Positions 55,101 to 60,981 of a DNA stretch of 64,000 bases are shown piece by piece. The DNA is from an archaeon (GTDB lineage: Archaea > Nanobdellota > Nanobdellia > Pacearchaeales > GW2011-AR1), in assembly GCA_018693315.1 (NCBI GenBank), contig JABHLR010000004.1:100387-164386 (forward strand). Reading direction: 5' to 3'. The notes below the pieces were generated by a model. That model was not told the origin of the DNA, ran no database searches, and was given only the letters and a program-made list of their open reading frames with translations. The position numbers and the translations under genes are program-made. Positions within the stretch are counted from its first letter, which is position 1; each line of letters opens with the position of its first letter.

Positions 55101-55784
55101 CAAACTAGCACATTCCTCAGCAGTCCCAAATTTACAACTATTCCCAGCAGTAACACAAGCCCCAGTCACCTGAGTCTCCGCAGCACCAAGACATTCCAAA
55201 ACATTCATATCACTTTTCCACTCAACAATCGCGCCATTCGTCCCACGAACATCACAAGCCCCACGCGTCTCATAATAAGATTCAGTCCCAACAATACAAC
55301 AAGCTTCCTGAGCCGCAGGCATATTACAATTCGGATCCGCAACCCAATCCACATCACAATGAGATTCCTTAACATTCGGAACATAAGTCCCAGCAGCCTC
55401 ATTTATACAACAACCCTTTTTACAAAACGAAGTCGCAGCGCAATCCGCACCGTCGACAAAACCAACTCCATCCTCACAATTTCCCGCAGTCGCCGATCCA
55501 CATATTTCTCCATTCACAGCAACCTCACAGCAACCAATCCCAGTTCCAGCAGCACTAACAACAGGGATCATCGGAGCCCGAAGCCGCGCAATAATTCCAC
55601 CAACAAGTTTCCCAAAAAATCCAGCCCTCTCGTCAGCACCATCTTCATACTGTTTCATACTCGCTCCAAAAGCATCATCAGTCAAAGCAACACCATAACT
55701 AAAAGCGAAAAGCGAAACTAACATCAACGTCAACTCGAAACCCGCAATTATTTTTCTATTATCCATCTTACATTCCCGGCGCAA
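52116..55784 (-). CDS. Giant Cys-rich surface/membrane protein, 1222 aa (paralogue of 47122..51285)
   Basis: Same architecture as its paralogue. Shared motifs: DSCGN, SCGNCDRFAGG, GESWCVYD, VGSRHWKYVC..GDVNVEPCADYRNQIC, LGDCGGEVN, CSPWQPP..CELCNGDPLKPCSEYRCKSLGAACEL. Gly-rich TM block about aa 601-725. An alternative start lies at 55766 (MDNRK). Confidence 0.7.
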   Translation of the reverse strand: MRRECKMDNRKIIAGFELTLMLVSLFAFSYGVALTDDAFGASMKQYEDGADERAGFFGKLVGGIIARLRAPMIPVVSAAGTGIGCCEVAVNGEICGSATAGNCEDGVGFVDGADCAATSFCKKGCCINEAAGTYVPNVKESHCDVDWVADPNCNMPAAQEACCIVGTESYYETRGACDVRGTNGAIVEWKSDMNVLECLGAAETQVTGACVTAGNSCKFGTAEECASLSGEFHPDVLCTADGLNTSCVKTEQTTCVDGKDGVYFLDSCGNAANIYDSSKVDDDSYWENVKTDGLCGDSSGSANSASCGNCDRFAGGICASASENSFTVDSGDSFCRDTSCMFDGVKYKPGESWCVYDGKIGDGDDVVGSRHWKYVCNQGDVNVEPCADYRNQICTQSNTMDIGAGEVDFRNAACVANNWRECIALNNEEGGKEVCEETLNCRIEHVDIADKFKFDICTPRYPGGSSFTDKRYQATAKSTCAMADQTCTVIYKQTMTGSCVCDTNCACEESGFAIGMNDMCRKLGDCGGEVNIAGKFTENYKVVNSPMLSADSVSTLVAMATAVPGQFAEVEDYDDYLAAAGLFGGPGPAPEDAEGPADHSNIMLGLNVGMAGILLAGFKLGWFAPATLGAPGMGAITGTGGALAGYGGMAASAIAGAIGAVVGILLAKALGLSPVGTALMSVGASMVSVALIGEYTTLVASLGGLFWPVLIIGIVLMIAALFFGMGDCDPVEVVFTCSPWQPPVGAADCELCNGDPLKPCSEYRCKSLGAACELLNKGTDNELCIDGNPNDATPPVISPQFGVISDNEVYSGDSASGVSITSVDGSNGGCIAAHTELLFGINTDEPAICTFDLAMTEFGETSETEIYKDDYYDYNHTVSFALPDPSNGESRGLNWTGDLKIYTRCHDQKGHTTPGFYTIDLCVVQGPDVTGPLVKRFVPGNDGLVSFDATSQDVEVYVNEDAVDCKWDTTDMDYSLMENDFDCSPNIAGLYGSSTKCVATMPVSGVTSDFFVRCEDQGFLDAVGRGDERNANAESFVYRLRKPEKKLEVDWIEPSQDFEVNTNFATVDFQIMTSGGGEWHHCSYSFDSFDNLADTLFQTGAERPHRWPMNWRVGDHKIYVECKDETGDTARGTTEFRIIKDSSTPQIARIWQSGGSFNIITTENAECKYDTAHCRFNWTTGQSAGTGKEHSFGVTRGETYYVKCEDEFGNVPSGCSIEARAL

Positions 55785-56517
55785 ACGCGCAACTCCTTAC
55801 AGCAAATCTAAACTCCGCCCCACTTCGACGATCAACTAACCTATATATCTTACTATTCGAATAATCAATCCGCCGAATATCATACTTCGGATACAACAAC
55901 ATATAACCATTATACTCAAAATTACAATACTGCGACTCCGCATTCACAACATCCATCGAAATCTGAACCAACTCATAAATCGGCGTCAAAATCTCAGTAT
56001 CAAAATTCCCAAAACTCTGCGACGCGCCTTCCTTAGAAACATCAATCCTCTTCGACAAACTAATCTGAACCATCTCCGGCAACAAATTAACCGAATACTC
56101 AGTCGGCCCACCACCGACATCAAAACCACGATCCTCAAAATCAATCCTCATGGTGTTAAAACACTCCTGAACCTCATCCTGCGTATCCCGAACAATTTCA
56201 GCCTCGATCTGCATCTCCAACATCGGATGAATATTATAACATCCCTTGTAAAAATCCGCCTGATAACACAAATAATTCCACTCATCCCCATCATACGCAA
56301 TCGCATGCGACGGCACAATCTCCCCACCATTAAACAACATCTTAGCGACGGAAACCTCAACAGCGTCCTTAACACACTTATCAACAAAAGCCTGAGGCCC
56401 CAAATCCGCCGGCGACTCAACATCAAAATCCCCAACAAACATAAACAACAAAATAATCCCAACAACTATCACAATCCCAATAATAATAAAAATCGTCACC
56501 TGACCTTTCTTATTCAT
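55768..56517 (-). CDS. Class III signal peptide (prepilin-like) protein A, 249 aa
   Basis: N-terminus MNKKGQVTIFIIIGIVIVVGIILLFMF. Its start overlaps the RHH stop (ATGA). Confidence 0.6.
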   Translation of the reverse strand: MNKKGQVTIFIIIGIVIVVGIILLFMFVGDFDVESPADLGPQAFVDKCVKDAVEVSVAKMLFNGGEIVPSHAIAYDGDEWNYLCYQADFYKGCYNIHPMLEMQIEAEIVRDTQDEVQECFNTMRIDFEDRGFDVGGGPTEYSVNLLPEMVQISLSKRIDVSKEGASQSFGNFDTEILTPIYELVQISMDVVNAESQYCNFEYNGYMLLYPKYDIRRIDYSNSKIYRLVDRRSGAEFRFAVRSCAFAPGM

Positions 56518-56699
56518 TTTCCAAAACCTCCCAAATCCTTCAAAGCCTCGACAAAACCACCATTCACATCCCGCTTCAACGCCTCAATCGCCATCTCAAT
56601 CACATGCGACTTGTTCCGAAACTTCCCATTTTTCAAAATCTCCTCGATATCTCTAACCGTGCCCGCATCCACACTCGCCGAAATTCTTTCTTTTACCAC
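56514..56699 (-). CDS. Ribbon-helix-helix (CopG-like) DNA-binding protein
   Basis: 61 aa, GTG start. MVKERISASVDAGTVRDIEEILKNGKFRNKSHVIEMAIEAL fits a beta-strand/helix/helix layout. Confidence 0.6.
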   Translation of the reverse strand: MVKERISASVDAGTVRDIEEILKNGKFRNKSHVIEMAIEALKRDVNGGFVEALKDLGGFGK

Positions 56700-56707
56700 G
56701 TTTCAAA

Positions 56708-56787
56708 TCGTAATACAATATAATACAAAGTAATATACAGTAACATTTCCTATTACTAAGTATTACGATTACTATTTAAACATTTCC
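56708..56787. promoter_or_regulatory. Repeat-rich upstream region of the cluster: 9-bp inverted repeat tcgtaatac/gtattacga plus direct repeats aacatttcc and several GTAAT/ATTAC units
   Basis: Inverted-repeat arms at 56708-56716 and 56760-56768. aacatttcc occurs at 56742-56750 and 56779-56787. The region is AT-rich and TATA-like. Confidence 0.4.
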
Positions 56788-56809
56788 ACTCAAAAATCAC
56801 AAACAAAAC

Positions 56810-57532
56810 CTAATCGTTCTCAACCCTCGGCGCCAAAACAAACCCAATCCCCATTCTCTCCCCGGGAAAATCCAACCTCAAAGGATAATCATCAGAAAAA
56901 TTCACAACCACCCTCGACGAAATCTTCCCAGCCTTAATGAATTTCATCAAATATTCCAAACTATATTTCGATTTCCCAGTCCCAAAAATCTCCAAATGCT
57001 CACCAGAAAATTCAGCCTTAGCGCTATTCAAATTCCCAGAACCAGCAACAACAAATTTCCCATCAACAATACTCAAAGCACAAGAATCCGCAACAATCTT
57101 CGCGTCCTCAACAGCCTGCGCAAAACCAGCCGCATCCATCTCAATCCTCGCGCCAAAATTCAACTCAGGAATTTCCTTATCCTCACTAGAGACCTCAATC
57201 AAAGCCAAACTAAAAACCCGCTTAACCTTATCAAAAATACTAATCTGCAACTTCCCTTCAACCTCCTCAAAAACAACACTCGAATTAACACCAGCCCTCT
57301 TCAAAATTTTCTTCAAATCATCAAGATTAACACCCCAAACCTCACTCCCCGCATCATACTGACTAAAACTTTCTTTCGGCAACTTAAAAATAACCAACGC
57401 AACATTCGCAGGATCAACAGCAATAATACTCATCCCCTCAGGCTGCAACTTAATCCTAACCTCAGTCACAACCTCAGAAACAATCGCAATCGCATCCCCC
57501 AACAACTTCGGATCATCCAATTTTAATATCAT
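56810..57532 (-). CDS. pcn: DNA polymerase sliding clamp PCNA
   Basis: About 240 aa with a two-domain clamp pattern. ...GMSIIAVDPANVALVIFKL...KYSLEYLMKFIKAGKISSRVVVNFSDDYPLRLDF. Start taken at the ATG at 57532; the track start at 57538 is TTG. Confidence 0.9.
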   Translation of the reverse strand: MILKLDDPKLLGDAIAIVSEVVTEVRIKLQPEGMSIIAVDPANVALVIFKLPKESFSQYDAGSEVWGVNLDDLKKILKRAGVNSSVVFEEVEGKLQISIFDKVKRVFSLALIEVSSEDKEIPELNFGARIEMDAAGFAQAVEDAKIVADSCALSIVDGKFVVAGSGNLNSAKAEFSGEHLEIFGTGKSKYSLEYLMKFIKAGKISSRVVVNFSDDYPLRLDFPGERMGIGFVLAPRVEND

Positions 57533-57591
57533 AGACAAAAATCTATAGATTTTTTTCTCGCAAGGACTTTGTCATTGCAATATCTAAAACC
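57530..57591 (-). promoter_or_regulatory. PCNA upstream module with a 19-nt hairpin/palindrome (57560-57578); paralogue of 698-761
   Basis: gcaaggactttgtcattgc versus gcaagggctttgccattgc. The two differences fall on positions that pair with each other (G-C becomes A-T). Confidence 0.5.
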
Positions 57592-57637
57592 CATCACCTC
57601 CGGTATTTTATGTATCATAGTAATGAAAGCCCCATTC

Positions 57638-57670
57638 TATTTATAAGCATTATTGCACTCAACAATCACA
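57638..57670 (+). promoter_or_regulatory. Promoter-like element tatttata-N4-ttattgcactcaa upstream of the sigma-r4-like gene
   Basis: Near-duplicate of 24808-24840. Lies about 33-65 nt upstream of the ATG at 57703. Confidence 0.4.
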
Positions 57671-57702
57671 GCATTTATTAACATCAAATTTCATAATAAG
57701 AC

Positions 57703-57990
57703 ATGCCCACAGAAACAGCAGGAAGATTTTATCAAGGAATAGAAAAACATCTCCGAGGAGGAGAAATACCAAAACAGCCACAATCTCAAGATGGAAAAAG
57801 AAAAATGAGGGCAGCTCTTCTTACATTACCAACTCAACAAAAACAAGTACTAATGCTTCATTATGCCGAAGAGGCGACACTGAGAGAAATAGGAGAAGTC
57901 TATGGACAAACCAAAAGGTGGGCAAAACGAAAAATCAGATCTGCAAAAATGGCAGTAGCAAGAGAATACGCCGCAAGCTTACGACAATAA
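57703..57990 (+). CDS. Small HTH protein resembling sigma-70 region 4 (ECF/LuxR type)
   Basis: ALLTLPTQQKQVLMLHYAEEATLREIGEVYGQTKRWAKRKIRSAKMAV matches the region 4.2 pattern (LP..Q..vl.L.y.e..t..EIge..g.......k......A). Confidence 0.55.
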   Translation: MPTETAGRFYQGIEKHLRGGEIPKQPQSQDGKRKMRAALLTLPTQQKQVLMLHYAEEATLREIGEVYGQTKRWAKRKIRSAKMAVAREYAASLRQ

Positions 57991-58031
57991 ATCACAACAA
58001 TCCCTAAAAAGCACCTTATCTAATATATTCT

Positions 58032-59621
58032 ATGAACAACTTCCAAAAAGAACCCCTATCAAAAGCGCAAGTCACGGCCCTATCCCACTACGCCAGAAAA
58101 GAAATCCAACAAGCAATGTTCGAATTCTGCAAACACAGAGAAACCGTCGCAAACTTCAACAACAAATTCTTCGCAAAACGCCCCGACACATTCGACTATC
58201 CATCCGACATCGTCAACGCAGCACGACAAGGCGCAACATCATTCCACTGCTCCGAAGAAATCTGGAGCAACCCATTAGACATAAACACCGACATGACCCC
58301 CGAACAATACAACCAAATCCGAACAGGCTGGGATTTCCTAATAGACATCGACTCTCCATTCCTAGACTACGGCAAAATCGCAGCACAATTATTAATCAAA
58401 GAATTAGAAAGTCACGGCATCAAAAACTACGGCATCAAATTCTCCGGCTCAAAAGGCTTCCACATCATCGTCCCCTTCAAAGCATTCCCAAAAGAAATAA
58501 ACGGTGAATTAGCAAAAGACAATTTCCCAGAATGGCCTCGACAAATAGCAGGCTACATCCACAAACAAATCCGCGAACCACTAAACAAAGCAATCCTAGA
58601 TTTAACAGGCCGAGAAAAACTAAAAGAAAAAGGCGAACTAATATCCGAACACCTCTGCCCAAAATGCCACAACCCAACAATCAAACGAAAAAATTACAAA
58701 TACGTCTGCCCCGACATAAAATGCAAAACAGAACTCGAAGGCTTCACAAAAAAAAGAGTAGCAATGCTCTGCCCATCCTGCAACGCAAAAATGAACATAG
58801 CAAGCGAACGAGAAGTCGACTTCTGCGAAACATGCAAAATCAGCACAGCAAAACTCGAAGCAACATCATCATTCGGCGGCCAAGTCCGACAAAACACAAT
58901 GGAACAATTCAAAGTCGAAGACACAATAAAATCAACCGAAGATGCCGTAGACGTCGTCCTAGTTTCATCCCGACATTTATTCAGAGCCCCATATTCTCTC
59001 CACGAAAAAACAGCCTTAGCATCAATTCCAATCTCGAAAGAACAAATCGAAGACTTCACACTTTCCGACGCAGACCCTCTAAAAATCGTAGAAATAAAAT
59101 CTTTCATGCCAGACTCAATCGAAGGCGAAGCTAAAGAATTATTACAACAAGCTCTAGAATGGGGACGAGAAAACGCACCAAAACCAACCACAAAAAAATA
59201 CGACGGCGCAGCTCTCGACATGAAAGGCCTAACAATAACCGAAGACATGTTCCCGCCAGTAATAAAATTCATTCTCAAAGGAATAAAAGCCGACGGCCGA
59301 AAACGAGCCCTATCATTACTCCTCTCATTCTTCACATCACTAGAACTCCCAGCAGAATTCATCGAAGACAGAATCGAAACCTGGAACAACAAAAATTACC
59401 AACCCCTAAAACAAGGATACATCAAATCCCAAATCGCATGGTCCTTAAAAAATAAAAGACTTCCACCAAACTACGACAAACCACTCTACAAAGAATTCGG
59501 AATCCGAAACCCACCAGAACCAGGCATGAAAAACCCAATAAACTACACAATCAAAAAAGCAATGCAAGCCAAATCCAAATCAACTTATCAGAAGCCAAAA
59601 ACGAATAAATCAGAAATCTAA
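58032..59621 (+). CDS. Archaeo-eukaryotic DNA primase: PriS catalytic domain fused to a PriL-CTD-like helical domain
   Basis: WDFLIDIDS (DxD), FSGSKGFHIIVPF, SSRHLFRAPYSLHEKT. Four CxxC pairs at aa 209-268. C-terminal motif MFPPVIKFILKGIKADGRKRALSLLLSFF resembles the PriL FPPC(I/M) motif. Confidence 0.75.
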   Translation: MNNFQKEPLSKAQVTALSHYARKEIQQAMFEFCKHRETVANFNNKFFAKRPDTFDYPSDIVNAARQGATSFHCSEEIWSNPLDINTDMTPEQYNQIRTGWDFLIDIDSPFLDYGKIAAQLLIKELESHGIKNYGIKFSGSKGFHIIVPFKAFPKEINGELAKDNFPEWPRQIAGYIHKQIREPLNKAILDLTGREKLKEKGELISEHLCPKCHNPTIKRKNYKYVCPDIKCKTELEGFTKKRVAMLCPSCNAKMNIASEREVDFCETCKISTAKLEATSSFGGQVRQNTMEQFKVEDTIKSTEDAVDVVLVSSRHLFRAPYSLHEKTALASIPISKEQIEDFTLSDADPLKIVEIKSFMPDSIEGEAKELLQQALEWGRENAPKPTTKKYDGAALDMKGLTITEDMFPPVIKFILKGIKADGRKRALSLLLSFFTSLELPAEFIEDRIETWNNKNYQPLKQGYIKSQIAWSLKNKRLPPNYDKPLYKEFGIRNPPEPGMKNPINYTIKKAMQAKSKSTYQKPKTNKSEI

Positions 59622-59625
59622 ATTA

Positions 59626-60360
59626 TTAACAACTCCAGATATCTTTAATATCACTCCTATGTCCCCCATCGGTAAGCAGTGACCCTCTGTTAGAAATATA
59701 TAAAACTTTTAGGTGCTGGATATTTTTAATATATCCTTTTGAAAGAGAAATATCAAATTCATGATTCCCTTCGTCGAGAGGTGTGTTTGAAAATGTGGTT
59801 ATAAATTCTGCGCTTCCACCTTCGGTCGCTATAAAATCAATTCCCTTTACAGAATCACCACTAATTTTTAAGGAGACATGGGCAGTGTTTCCATTACAAA
59901 CCAAGTCAAGAATTTCGATATCCACTTTTTTATAATCCAATTCTATAGAAAAATCTGAAAGATCAATGAGGTCAGAATGCTTTTCAATTTCTTCGTTTAA
60001 GCAATTTTTATACGCACTTTCATCTCTTTCCACAACGAACGAGGAAAAACACCAGCTAGAAGCATTAACAATCTTTCTTTGATCTTCACTGGGAACTCCT
60101 TCGGGAGATGGGTAAAATTTGTCCTGACAATCCCACCTACACTCTTCAATAACTACAAGTTCTGCGTTTCCAGAATAATCGGTCTCATTCTCATAAGGGC
60201 ACAAAGTTTCACACTTCATATATTTAAGAAAACTAATATGAGTTGCGGAAATTTTCCTAGAAGTAGACACCTTACTCATAATCATAAAAACAGAACCAGC
60301 TAATAAAATAAGTACAATAATTAAAATCAAAACCTTCAACCACTTCTTCATCCAATTCAC
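59626..60360 (-). CDS. Hypothetical N-terminally anchored Cys-containing protein (244 aa)
   Basis: TM segment LKVLILIIVLILLAGSVFMIM. By eye its codon composition departs from the local strand bias. Confidence 0.45.
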   Translation of the reverse strand: MNWMKKWLKVLILIIVLILLAGSVFMIMSKVSTSRKISATHISFLKYMKCETLCPYENETDYSGNAELVVIEECRWDCQDKFYPSPEGVPSEDQRKIVNASSWCFSSFVVERDESAYKNCLNEEIEKHSDLIDLSDFSIELDYKKVDIEILDLVCNGNTAHVSLKISGDSVKGIDFIATEGGSAEFITTFSNTPLDEGNHEFDISLSKGYIKNIQHLKVLYISNRGSLLTDGGHRSDIKDIWSC

Positions 60361-60381
60361 AACAACCCTATATATAAAAAT

Positions 60382-60921
60382 CTAACCCATCCACTCCTTC
60401 AACAACTCAGGCATCCTCTTATACAACCAAACATTAAACTTCACAAACTCCCTCGTCTCCATCTCAATATACTCAACAATCTTATCATAATCCCCAACCT
60501 TATTCCAAACCGGCACCATCATCCCATCCCGATCCTTCCCCGTAATCTTATCCAACCCCGAACCCTTAAACTCCCCCCGATTCATCATAATCCCAATCGT
60601 ATGCAAATCAATAAACGGCTTATTCAAAATATCAATCTCAGGCAACCCATACTTCGCAGAACGAGCCTTCAAAAAATTATGCTCAAAAACCAAATTATAC
60701 CCAACCGAAATAAAACTAAAAGCATACGCGTCCGAAAAATTACTATCCCTCAAAAACCGCTCAATAATTTCCTTCTCCGAACTTTCCCACGCCTTCAAAA
60801 TAACCAACGGCCCAATCGCCTCGCCAGTGTACCGCTCCAACTCCTGATACTGAATCGTCAAAATCTCATCCACATCCGGATCCAACCCCGTCGTCTCAAT
60901 GTCCAAATAATAATTCCCCAT
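60382..60921 (-). CDS. DEDD-family 3'-5' exonuclease (DnaQ/RNase T-like fold)
   Basis: YYLDIETTGLDP (Exo I) and VGYNLVFEHNFL (Exo II-like). Confidence 0.7.
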   Translation of the reverse strand: MGNYYLDIETTGLDPDVDEILTIQYQELERYTGEAIGPLVILKAWESSEKEIIERFLRDSNFSDAYAFSFISVGYNLVFEHNFLKARSAKYGLPEIDILNKPFIDLHTIGIMMNRGEFKGSGLDKITGKDRDGMMVPVWNKVGDYDKIVEYIEMETREFVKFNVWLYKRMPELLKEWMG

Positions 60922-60981
60922 ACAAAACCAACAACATCACATTATAAATAATTTTATAAACAACTAACACCCTATCTATAC

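Noticed and set aside
42468-56699. A diversity-generating retroelement or a toxin/defence island associated with the large surface proteins.
   Set aside because: There is no reverse transcriptase, no recognisable template/variable repeat pair, no nuclease or ATPase genes, and no CRISPR array anywhere in the window.
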